A stretch of DNA of 64,000 nt. It comes from an uncultured delta proteobacterium (GTDB lineage: Bacteria > Myxococcota > Kuafuiibacteriia > Kuafuiibacteriales > Kuafuiibacteriaceae). The first letter of the stretch is position 1; each line of letters begins with the position of its first letter. Positions 49,717 through 58,693 of the stretch are shown piece after piece. Position numbers and translations under genes: made by a program. Location: assembly GCA_963803435.1 (NCBI GenBank), contig CAWDML010000009.1:1280001-1344000 (forward strand), read 5' to 3'. The notes below the pieces were generated by a model, which was not told where the DNA came from, ran no database searches, and worked only from the letters and a program-made list of their open reading frames with translations.

Positions 49717-52149
49717 CTAGCGGTCCACCCGCGCCGCCCAGGCCGGGAGCACCAGCAACGCCGCGGCCAGACAGGTCAGCTCGCCCAGCACGGCGACGCG
49801 ACCGAACGAGATCAACGCCCCGTTCCGGGCGAGGAGGAGCGACGCATAGCCGATGATCGTGGTGAGGGAGCAGAGGACGACCGCGCCGCCCGTGGAGGCG
49901 ATGGCGGCGGGGGCCGCCTCCCCGGGCGGACGCGTTCGTCGCTCGAGGAGGTAGCGCGTGAAGACGTTGACGCCGTAGTCGACGCCGATGCCGAAGGTGA
50001 TCGGCAGGCCGATGAAGTTGAGGAAGTTGATCCGGATCCCGAGCAGCCCGAGGAGCGCGAACAACCAGACTACGCCGAGGAGGAGGGCGCTGCTGACGAG
50101 GAGGATCCGGCGCGGGCGGCGATAGGCCAGCGCCAGCAGGAGCAGCACGCCGAAGAAGGAGTAGAGCGTGGCCGTGGGGCCGTCGCGTCCCACGGCTTTG
50201 AGCATGTCGTCGTAGATCACGAAGTTCCCGCTGGAGCGGACCTTCTGGCCGTCCGGCATCGGAATCTCGCGGAGCAGTTCGGCGACGCGGGCGATCTCGT
50301 CGGCGTGGTAGAGGTTGAGCTTCAGGTTGGGGAGCGCCAGCACGACCAGGCCCTCGGTGCCGTCGAGCTCGCGGAAGTCGGCGCGCACCGGCTCCGGCAG
50401 ATCCGCGATGGTGAACGGCGCGAGATCATCCGGCGGGCGATGGGCGAGGGCGGCCCTCTCCTCGTCGCCTTCGAGCTGGGGCAGGAGCCGGTCGATCGTG
50501 GAGCGGATGTCGGCGAGCACCGCCAGCTTCTCGGGCTGGTCCTTCGGGATCAGCGTGGTCAGCGAGGTGACCTCGGTCAGGGGCGCGCGATCGCCTTCAC
50601 GGGCGATGCGCGCCTCGATCGCCTCGACGATCCGAGGCACGTCCTCGGCTCGGTCGGCCACGATCACCTGGGGCGCGAGGTACTTGCCGAAGATCCGGTC
50701 GACCCGAGACTCCCAGTAGGCCGAGCCCGTCTCGGTGGTGACGGTGCTGCGGAGTTTTCCGAAGTCCTTCTCGAGCGGGTCGCGGAGGAACTGGACCGCG
50801 GCCACGGAAGCCGCCAGCCCCAGCCCCAGCCCCACCCAAGCCACCAGCCCGGCCCGCCGAGCCACCAGCCGCGCCGGGAGCGAGGCGATCGATGCGGAGC
50901 GGTACCACTGCAAGCGGTCTTGCGCCGGGTCCATGGGCCAGCGCCGCTCGATCCACAGGATCAGCGGCGGCATGACACAGAAGGTGGAGAGCCAGCAGCA
51001 GATCATTCCGATCCCGCCGATCACGCCGAAGTGGAAGAAGCCGTAGAAGTCGGTGGCCATCAGGGAGCCGTAGGCGATCGAGGCCGCCAGCGCCGCCAGC
51101 GAGGTGGCCTTCAACGTGAACATCACGGCGGTCTCGATCGAGCGCTCGGCCGAAGTTCCACGCCGGCGCTCCTCGAAGTAGCGCGCCAGCAGGATCAGGC
51201 CGAAGTTGATGCCGTTGCCCGGCACGATCGGCCCGAGGAACGCCGAGGAGGCGTTGAGGTAGCCGATCGCAAAGTGCGCGATCCCGAAGGTCCAGGTGCA
51301 GCCGACCCAGAGCGGAACGAGCACCAGGACGAGCGATCGGATCCGCCGGAAGTATGCCACCACCACCAGCGCCAGCAGGACCGCGACCAGCGCCGACGCC
51401 AGGACCAGGTCCTCGATCAGCGACGTCTGCTCGTCGACCAGGTTCTTGACGTCGCCGCCGATCCCCACGACGAGCGCCGGGTGGTAGGTCGTGGGCTCGA
51501 GGCGGGCGATGATCGCCTCGACATCCGCCACCAGCGCCTTGTTCTTCTCGATCCCGAAGGCGAGGCCCTCCTTGCGGACGATGACCGCGAGCTCGGTACC
51601 GTCCTTGCTCTCGAAGTAGCCGTCGGGGAACCGCTTCGCGTAGCCGGCCTTCTTCTTGTACTTCCGCGTGATGTCGGAGAGGTCGAGCGAGACGGCGCTC
51701 GATCCGTCGAGGTCGACGAGGAGCGGGTTCGCCTTGGTCCTGGCGGCCGCGACGGCGTCGTCCAGGCGATCGCGGATCTCTTCGAGGTCCGCCAGCTCGA
51801 CGTACATCAGCCGCCGGTGGTTGAAGAAGGCGGCCTCCGGGCCGAGCTTGTTCCGGGCCGAGCGGACCGAGGGGAGCTGCCGCACCTTCGCCACCAGATC
51901 GTCGGAGAAGCGGCGGTTGGCGGCCCGATCCGGGGAGCGGATCACGATCGAGAGCTGGGACCAGCCGCCGAAGCGCTTCTCCAGGTTCTCGAGCGTCACC
52001 ACCGACTCGGCGTGCCTCGGGAGGAGCTCCTTGAGGTCGGCGCGCACGTCCGAGAAGAGAGCCGCCGAGAAGCCCGCCATCGGCACGCTGGTGGCGAGCG
52101 CGAGGAGCAGGACCCCGCCCGGGTGGCGGATGAGACGCGGCGTCGGCAC
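49717..52149 (-). CDS. MMPL/RND family transporter
   Basis: Two TM repeats with large periplasmic loops; GNGINFGLILLARYFEERR, GIGVDYGVN, TGGAVVLCSLTTIIGY. Confidence 0.9.
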   Translation of the reverse strand: MPTPRLIRHPGGVLLLALATSVPMAGFSAALFSDVRADLKELLPRHAESVVTLENLEKRFGGWSQLSIVIRSPDRAANRRFSDDLVAKVRQLPSVRSARNKLGPEAAFFNHRRLMYVELADLEEIRDRLDDAVAAARTKANPLLVDLDGSSAVSLDLSDITRKYKKKAGYAKRFPDGYFESKDGTELAVIVRKEGLAFGIEKNKALVADVEAIIARLEPTTYHPALVVGIGGDVKNLVDEQTSLIEDLVLASALVAVLLALVVVAYFRRIRSLVLVLVPLWVGCTWTFGIAHFAIGYLNASSAFLGPIVPGNGINFGLILLARYFEERRRGTSAERSIETAVMFTLKATSLAALAASIAYGSLMATDFYGFFHFGVIGGIGMICCWLSTFCVMPPLILWIERRWPMDPAQDRLQWYRSASIASLPARLVARRAGLVAWVGLGLGLAASVAAVQFLRDPLEKDFGKLRSTVTTETGSAYWESRVDRIFGKYLAPQVIVADRAEDVPRIVEAIEARIAREGDRAPLTEVTSLTTLIPKDQPEKLAVLADIRSTIDRLLPQLEGDEERAALAHRPPDDLAPFTIADLPEPVRADFRELDGTEGLVVLALPNLKLNLYHADEIARVAELLREIPMPDGQKVRSSGNFVIYDDMLKAVGRDGPTATLYSFFGVLLLLALAYRRPRRILLVSSALLLGVVWLFALLGLLGIRINFLNFIGLPITFGIGVDYGVNVFTRYLLERRTRPPGEAAPAAIASTGGAVVLCSLTTIIGYASLLLARNGALISFGRVAVLGELTCLAAALLVLPAWAARVDR

Positions 52150-52210
52150 CGGATTCCGGGGTGTTGTCAGCTTGTGCGGGTTTCGACAACCGCCTATCGT
52201 CGGCCCCGCG

Positions 52211-52609
52211 ATGGACGACCAGGCGCTCGTCGAGGCCGCCCGCGCGGTCCGCGCACAGGCGTACGCCCCGTATTCGGCTTACAAGGTCGGCGCGGCGATC
52301 CGGGCCCGGGACGGCCGTGTCTTCACCGGAACCAACGTGGAGAATAGCGCCTACCCCACGTGCCTGTGCGCCGAGGTCAACGCGCTGGGCAGCGCGGTCT
52401 CCGCCGGGGCCCGCGCGTTCGACGCCCTCGCGGTGGTCACGGAACCACCCGACGGCAAACCGCCCGGTCCGCCCTGCGGGAACTGCCGTCAAGCGCTGTC
52501 GGAGTTCGGGCTCGATCTGCGCGTGCTCCTCGCCGGCCCGAGCGGGGACGTCACGGAGCACCGGCTCGGCGACCTGCTCCCGCTCGCGTTCAGCGCCGAG
52601 GATCTCTGA
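52211..52609 (+). CDS. cdd: Cytidine deaminase (homotetrameric type)
   Basis: AYAPYS.YKVGAA, NVENSAY, CAE, PCGNCRQ. Confidence 0.93.
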   Translation: MDDQALVEAARAVRAQAYAPYSAYKVGAAIRARDGRVFTGTNVENSAYPTCLCAEVNALGSAVSAGARAFDALAVVTEPPDGKPPGPPCGNCRQALSEFGLDLRVLLAGPSGDVTEHRLGDLLPLAFSAEDL

Positions 52610-53946
52610 TGAGCACGGCCAAGCGGCGGATCGTCCTTCGCGGCGGGACGCTGGTGACCATGAACGGCGACCGCCACGTCGGCGAAGGCGATCTCTATCT
52701 GGAGGACGGCGTCATCCGCGGTCTCGGCGAGCGCGCCGCCGGCTCGCGGAAGGTCGACGAGACCATCGACGCCACCGGCCGCCTGGTGATCCCCGGGCTG
52801 ATCCAGCCGCACGTCCACCTCTGCCAGACGCTGTTCCGCGGCCACGCCGACGATCTGGAGCTGCTCGACTGGCTCTCCCAGCGCATCTGGCCCTTCGAGG
52901 CGGCGCACACCAGGACGTCGCTCTACACCTCCGCGCTCCTCGGCGGCGCGGAGCTGCTCCGCTCCGGCACCACCGCGATCCTCGACATGGGGACCGTCCA
53001 CCACACGGACGCGATCTTCGACGCCGCCAAGAAGCTCGGCCTCCGCGCCACCATCGGCAAGGCGATGATGGACGCCGGCCACAACCTGCCGGCCGGGTTG
53101 AAGGAGAGCACCGACGCTTCCATCGACGAGAGCATCCGCCTCGCCGACAAGTGGCACGGCCGTGAGAACGGCCGTCTCCGCTACGCGTTCGCGCCCCGCT
53201 TCGTCCTCTCGTGCAGCGAGGAGCTGATGCGGCGGACGGTGACGATCGCCCGGGAGAAGGGGCTGAGGCTGCATACGCACGCGTCGGAGAACGGGCAGGA
53301 GATCGTCTCCGTGCGGGAGAAGTTCGGTGCCGACAACGTCGCGTTCCTCCACCAGCTCGGGATGTCGGGCGCCGACACGGTGCTCGCCCACTGCGTCTGG
53401 CTGACCTCCGAGGAGCAGAAGATCATCCGCGAGAGCGGTACGCACATCGCGCACTGTCCCTCGTCGAACCTGAAGCTGGCCTCGGGGCTGGCGCGGATCC
53501 CGGACCTGCTCGAGCAGGGCATCAACGTGGCGCTGGCGGCGGACGGCGCGCCCTGCAACAACAACCTCGACGCGTTCACCGAGATGCGGCTGGCGGCGCT
53601 GATCCACAAGCCGCGCTTCGGACCAACCGCGATGAAGGCGCTCACCGTCTTCGAGATGGCCACCCTCCGCGGCGCGCGGGCGCTCGGGTTGGAGGACCGC
53701 ATCGGGTCGCTCGAGGAGGGCAAGGCGGGAGACGTCGCGGTGCTGGACCCGCGCCAGCTCCACGCTGCGCCGGCGAGCGATCCCTACTCGCTGCTGGTGT
53801 ACGCGCTCACCGGGCGGGACGTGGAGCACGTGTTCGTCGACGGGGTCCAGCGGGTGCGGAGCGGCCGGGTGCTCGGCGTGGTCAAGAGCAAGCTGCTGGC
53901 GGCCGCGGAGACGCAGCGACGGCTGATCGTGGATCCGTTGTTGTAG
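52609..53946 (+). CDS. Amidohydrolase, 5'-deoxyadenosine/MTA-SAH deaminase-like
   Basis: HVHLCQ, HTHASEN, AHCVW, HCPSSNLKLASG, DGAPCNN; TGATG overlap with cdd. Confidence 0.88.
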   Translation: MSTAKRRIVLRGGTLVTMNGDRHVGEGDLYLEDGVIRGLGERAAGSRKVDETIDATGRLVIPGLIQPHVHLCQTLFRGHADDLELLDWLSQRIWPFEAAHTRTSLYTSALLGGAELLRSGTTAILDMGTVHHTDAIFDAAKKLGLRATIGKAMMDAGHNLPAGLKESTDASIDESIRLADKWHGRENGRLRYAFAPRFVLSCSEELMRRTVTIAREKGLRLHTHASENGQEIVSVREKFGADNVAFLHQLGMSGADTVLAHCVWLTSEEQKIIRESGTHIAHCPSSNLKLASGLARIPDLLEQGINVALAADGAPCNNNLDAFTEMRLAALIHKPRFGPTAMKALTVFEMATLRGARALGLEDRIGSLEEGKAGDVAVLDPRQLHAAPASDPYSLLVYALTGRDVEHVFVDGVQRVRSGRVLGVVKSKLLAAAETQRRLIVDPLL

Positions 53947-55612
53947 AACGCCTGCTCGCGAGCAACGCCGCCAGCAGGAAGATGAGCAGCCCGCTCGAGG
54001 CCGGAGGACGGCCGCTGCCGTTGCACGCGCAGCCCTCGGGCGGGGCCACCTCGCGGTCGCAGGCCATCGAGTCTTCGGTGGTGACGTCGTCGAAGGCGAC
54101 GAGGTCGCCGCGGCGGTTGTCGCACAGGATCGAGCGGATCATGAGCCCGCCTCCCTCGGCGGAGACGCCAATCCCGTCGTTGTCCGTCACGGTGCTGTCG
54201 ACGAGCTCGAAGTTGTCGGTCCGGACCCCGTCACCGCCGTTGCCGACGACGTCGAGGTTCAGGCCCAGGAAGAATCCCGTGGCGATGACGCCGGCGCCGA
54301 CCACCGGTGTCGGCGCCAGCTCCAGCTCGAGCCCGTCGCCGAGGAGCGCCAGGGTCGCGCGCGCGCCCTTGCCGTTGCTCCGGATCGAGCTCCGGGCGCC
54401 CTCGCCTCCGACGAACGCGTGCTCGGCGAGGATCGCGGCGCTGGCGTTGTCCTCGATGACCGTGCCCGAGTGCATGAGGAGCTCGGTCGTGGTCACGACG
54501 CCCGCGCCCAGGTTGCCGGTAACGCGCGCCCGGACCAGGTCGACGGTCCCGCGGGCCTGGATCCCGTGCCCATCGTTGCGCTCGATCCGCACGCGCTCGA
54601 AGGTGATACCGCCGTCGCTGACCAGCGCCGGCCCGCCGTTGTCGCTCGCGACCAGGTCGGCGCCCGCGATGCTGACGGGCGCGTACACGCCGACGCCGCG
54701 GACCGCGTCTCCGGTGATCGTGACCAGGCGCAGATCGAAGTCGACGGCCTCGGGGACGACCTTGGTGAGCCCGTGGCCGTTGCCGCTCACCGTGGCGGTG
54801 CGGCCGAGCTGGACGTTCGATCCGGCGTACACGCCCGAGCCCGCGTTGTCGAAGATCTCGACGGCGTTCTCGACGCCGACGGCCGCGCCTGCGTCGATGC
54901 CGTCGCCGAAGTTGCCGTTGATCTGGTGCAGGCCAGGGCCGCGGAGCACGACCCAGCCGTCGGTGAAGAGCCCGCCGCCGTTGACCTGGACGCGGCTCGT
55001 CTCGCCAAGGGCGGCGACGAGCTCGATCCCCTCCTTCGCGATCACGCCCGGGCCCCCGTTTGACTCCAACCGGGACGAGGTGGCCGAGACGGACGACTCG
55101 GAGGAGAGAACACCACCGAGCGTGTTGCCCCCGATGACCGAGCGATCGACGTTCACCTGACCGCGGGCGCGAACGCCCAAGCCGGCAGCACCCGTGAGCT
55201 CGACGTTGGCGACGGTCAAGGCGCCTGAATCGGCGGTGAGCGCATCCCCCGGTGCGGCGGTGATCCTCAGGTTCGCGATCGAGCAATCGCCCACCCGCAG
55301 GACCAGGCCGGCGCGATCGAGCTGGACGCGCCCGCCGGCCACCGCGCCGTCGATGGCGATCGGCTCGGTGACCTCGGGCAGCGTCGCAGGCGAGATGATT
55401 CCGATCGCGGGATCAAACGTGATCGTGTCGGCCCCAGGGTTCGCGTTGGCGTGCTCGATGGCTGCACGCAAGGTGACTTGCAAGCCAGGGGTCGAGAGGT
55501 CGACGTCCGGGATCCCGTCGTTCGGGTCGGCGTCGGGCTCGTCGCTGCTCAGGTTGACGACGATGGTCTCGCCCCGCGCGGTGGCAGCCCACAGCAAGAG
55601 CACCACGAGCAT
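53882..55612 (-). CDS. Secreted right-handed beta-helix protein with a MYXO-CTERM-like tail
   Basis: Signal peptide, TLRAAIEHAN..GADTITF, repeated N-x-G-x-G-V/I turns, GCAC...LLIFLLAALLASRR. Confidence 0.7.
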   Translation of the reverse strand: MLVVLLLWAATARGETIVVNLSSDEPDADPNDGIPDVDLSTPGLQVTLRAAIEHANANPGADTITFDPAIGIISPATLPEVTEPIAIDGAVAGGRVQLDRAGLVLRVGDCSIANLRITAAPGDALTADSGALTVANVELTGAAGLGVRARGQVNVDRSVIGGNTLGGVLSSESSVSATSSRLESNGGPGVIAKEGIELVAALGETSRVQVNGGGLFTDGWVVLRGPGLHQINGNFGDGIDAGAAVGVENAVEIFDNAGSGVYAGSNVQLGRTATVSGNGHGLTKVVPEAVDFDLRLVTITGDAVRGVGVYAPVSIAGADLVASDNGGPALVSDGGITFERVRIERNDGHGIQARGTVDLVRARVTGNLGAGVVTTTELLMHSGTVIEDNASAAILAEHAFVGGEGARSSIRSNGKGARATLALLGDGLELELAPTPVVGAGVIATGFFLGLNLDVVGNGGDGVRTDNFELVDSTVTDNDGIGVSAEGGGLMIRSILCDNRRGDLVAFDDVTTEDSMACDREVAPPEGCACNGSGRPPASSGLLIFLLAALLASRRSTTTDPRSAVAASPRPPAACS

Positions 55613-55648
55613 CGATCCCCGGAGCACCTCCGGATCATAGCCGACCGC

Positions 55649-56881
55649 TCAGTCCGAGGGGGGCCGGGAGGCCAACGCCCGCGCCGCGCCGAGGGCCCAG
55701 GCCTTCGTCGCCCGATGGCCGGCCGCCGCGAGGCCGCCCTCCATCTGGCGGAGGCCCTGATAGAGCGCGTCGTAGCGGGCGACCGCGGCCGCGCTCTGAT
55801 GCCGGGCCTCGACCCGCGCCCGTGCCTGAGCCCCGATCCGGGCCGCCCGCGCGCGATCACGGGCGAGCGCGCGCACCGCCTCCGCCACCGCGTTCGGATC
55901 CGAGGGTGGGACCAGCATCCCTTCCTCGCCGTGATCGATCAGCTCGGGCGTCCCGCCCACCGCCGTGGCGACGACCGGGAGCTTGGCGGCCATCGCCTCG
56001 AGGATCGACATCGAGCACCCCTCGTAGAGCGACGTGTTGAGGTAGGCGTCGAACCCGGCGAGCAGCGTGGGCGCGTCGGATTGGTGCGGCAAGAGCTGGA
56101 CGGCGGCGGGTGGCACCTGGGCGATCACGCGCTGGATCTCCGGATGCGCTCCGTACGCGCCGATCAGGACCAGACGGATCCGCGGATCGTCCGCGTGCGC
56201 GCGGGCGATGCCTCGGATCATCGTGGGCAGGTCCTTGATCGGCCGAAACATCGTCATGCTCCCCACCAGGAACGCGTCCTCGGAGGCTTCAAGCCGCGCG
56301 CGCACGGTCCTGCGATCGGCGGCGGCGCCGTCGAATCGATCGAGGTCGAGGCCGTTGGGGAGCAGCTTCACCTCCGACGCCTCGATCCCCCAGGTCGCCT
56401 CCAACCTTCGGGCGAGGTCGTGCGAGACCGCGGCGAACACGTCGACCATCGGGCGCGTCACGTGCGCGACGACGCGACGGCGCGCGCGGGGCGGCTCCAA
56501 GGTGTCGACGCCGCGCTCCGAGTGTACGACCCAGCGGACGCCGGCCATCCTCGCCGCCACGATCCCGTAGAGCGCGCTGGCCCAGTTGTGCGTATGGACG
56601 ACGTCGATCCGCTCGCGGGTGAAGATGCGGGCGAGACGGCGGAAGAGGCCCAGGTCGATCCCCTCGGAACGCTTGCGCCCGGCGACGTGAACGGGGCAGT
56701 CCGCGAAGTCGCCTTCTCCCAGCGGTGGCTTCTTTCCGCTCGACGTCTCGAACGCGACCACCACCGGTGTATAGCGATCCCTGGGGAGCCGGGAGAGGAC
56801 GCGCCGCATCGACTCCTCCATGCCCCCTCTCGCCAAACACGGGAGCACGATCGCCAGCCGCATGCGGTCGCTGTCGTCCAA
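55649..56881 (-). CDS. Family 4 glycosyltransferase
   Basis: GGME, VHTHN, LPNGLD, TSLYEGCSMSILEAMA, TAVGGTPE. Confidence 0.92.
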   Translation of the reverse strand: MDDSDRMRLAIVLPCLARGGMEESMRRVLSRLPRDRYTPVVVAFETSSGKKPPLGEGDFADCPVHVAGRKRSEGIDLGLFRRLARIFTRERIDVVHTHNWASALYGIVAARMAGVRWVVHSERGVDTLEPPRARRRVVAHVTRPMVDVFAAVSHDLARRLEATWGIEASEVKLLPNGLDLDRFDGAAADRRTVRARLEASEDAFLVGSMTMFRPIKDLPTMIRGIARAHADDPRIRLVLIGAYGAHPEIQRVIAQVPPAAVQLLPHQSDAPTLLAGFDAYLNTSLYEGCSMSILEAMAAKLPVVATAVGGTPELIDHGEEGMLVPPSDPNAVAEAVRALARDRARAARIGAQARARVEARHQSAAAVARYDALYQGLRQMEGGLAAAGHRATKAWALGAARALASRPPSD

Positions 56882-57051
56882 GGCTCGCTCGATCTCTCCG
56901 GAGGATCTTTCCTATCGCGAACCCCGGTGCGGATCGAGCGTCGCGTCGAGGGCGCTCTCGCACACCCAGGAGACACCTTACCCGCAAGAGACGACGCCCG
57001 ATCACAGCGGCCCGGAGGCGGGTTGTCGATCACATCAGACCCGCCCGACAA

Positions 57052-58581
57052 TCAGTGCGTCGCGCCCAACCGGACCGTGGTGGTCATCTCGGTGCCCGTG
57101 TCGCGATCGCGCGCGCTCATCGTCAGGATGCCCTCCTGGCTGAGGCTGAAGTCGACCTGCACGCGGACGCTGCCGGCGCGGCCCAGGCGCACGCCCGAGA
57201 ACGTGAACTCACCCAGGAGCGTGTTCTGGCGGGCGACGTCCGGGCGATCGCCCTGGTAGATCCGCATCTGCAGATCCTCCTGGTCGTCGACGCTGGTCGT
57301 GAACGTGAGCTGCCTGAGGTTCGGGACGGACTCGTTGCGGCGGAAGATCTCGTGGAGCTCACCCCGTGCGTTCTCGATCCCGATCGCCATCGGGATGACG
57401 TCGAGGAGCTGGACCCGCAGGTTGGAGTTGTCCTCGAGCGAGTAGGCGAACATCGCGGCGCCGATCGCGACCGCCTCGTCCGGATTCACCTGCTTCGAGG
57501 GGGCCTGCCCGAAGAAGCCGCTGACCCGCTGCTGGACCAGGGGCATGCGGGTCATCCCGCCGACCAGCAGCACGTGATCGATCGTGCCGGGGCCCATGCC
57601 GGCGTCTTCGCAGACGCGCTGGCAGGTCACCACGGTGCGATCGATGAGATCGCTGGTGATGCCCTCGAGCGTCTCGCGGGTGAGCTTCATGTCGATGTCG
57701 AGCGGCATCCCGTCCGGCGTCATCGTGATGAACGGGATGTTGAAGGAGCACTCCTTGCGATCGGTCAGGTCGATCTTGGAGCGCTCCGCTAGATCCTTGA
57801 TCCGCTGCATCGCGATCGGATCGGCGCGCAGGTCGATGTCCGGGTGATCGATCCGGAACTGCTCGATCACCCACTCGATGATGCGATTGTCGAAGTCGAC
57901 GCCGCCCAGGAAGATGTCTCCGCCGGTCGCCTTCACCTCGAAAACGCGATCACGGATCTCGATGATCGAGATGTCGAAGGTGCCGCCGCCCAGATCGTAG
58001 ATCGCGATGGTTTCGCTCTGAAGGTTGCGGCCCACACCGAACGCCAGGGCGGCGGCGGTGGGTTCGTTGACGATGCGGACGATCTCGAGGCCGATCAGTC
58101 TTCCCGCCTCCTTGACGGCCTGCCGCTGGCGATCGTTGAAGTACGCGGGCACGGTCACCACCGCGCGCATCACCTCCTCCTGGAGGTACTCGGAGGCCAC
58201 GTCCCGGATCTTCTGGAGGATCTTGGCGGCGACCTGCGGGAGCTCGAAGCGCTGCGCAGCGACCGAGATCTGGACGTCGCTCGTCTGGGACTGATCGATC
58301 TCGTAGGCGAAGTATTCGTGGATCTTGTCGACGGTCTCCTGATCGTACTGGCGACCCATCAAGCGCTTGCTGCCGTAGACCGTGTTCTTCGGGTTGAGCT
58401 GCCACTGGCGCTTGGCTTCGTGACCGACGAGCTCGTTCCCCTTGTCGTCGATCGCAAAGATCGACGGGATCGTGTACTCACCGCCCCGATACGGGATCAG
58501 CTTCACGCGCTGGTCGTGACCTTCGACGATCGCGGCGCAGGAGTTCGTGGTCCCCAGGTCGATTCCGATGATCCTCGACAT
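57052..58581 (-). CDS. Hsp70-family protein lacking the C-terminal lid (509 aa)
   Basis: [53 protein letters not shown]. Confidence 0.92.
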   Translation of the reverse strand: MSRIIGIDLGTTNSCAAIVEGHDQRVKLIPYRGGEYTIPSIFAIDDKGNELVGHEAKRQWQLNPKNTVYGSKRLMGRQYDQETVDKIHEYFAYEIDQSQTSDVQISVAAQRFELPQVAAKILQKIRDVASEYLQEEVMRAVVTVPAYFNDRQRQAVKEAGRLIGLEIVRIVNEPTAAALAFGVGRNLQSETIAIYDLGGGTFDISIIEIRDRVFEVKATGGDIFLGGVDFDNRIIEWVIEQFRIDHPDIDLRADPIAMQRIKDLAERSKIDLTDRKECSFNIPFITMTPDGMPLDIDMKLTRETLEGITSDLIDRTVVTCQRVCEDAGMGPGTIDHVLLVGGMTRMPLVQQRVSGFFGQAPSKQVNPDEAVAIGAAMFAYSLEDNSNLRVQLLDVIPMAIGIENARGELHEIFRRNESVPNLRQLTFTTSVDDQEDLQMRIYQGDRPDVARQNTLLGEFTFSGVRLGRAGSVRVQVDFSLSQEGILTMSARDRDTGTEMTTTVRLGATH

Positions 58582-58693
58582 GACTGCCCGGCGGCGGGGA
58601 GAATGTAGCGTCGACACGGCGTTCTCGGAAGAACCCCTTGCAGCAAAACAGTAGGGGTTGACGGTCCGAGTCAAATCGGGCCGTCTCGGGCCC

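Larger units (their letters stand above)
49002..49720. mobile_element. ~720-bp non-autonomous inverted-repeat element (IS1182-like derivative) carrying a four-helix-bundle gene
   Basis: CTAG at 49002-49005 and 49717-49720; terminal IRs GAGCGTGTAGCGCGT(A)AGCGCT continuing into inverted hexamer arrays; internal transposase C-terminal remnant. Confidence 0.7.
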
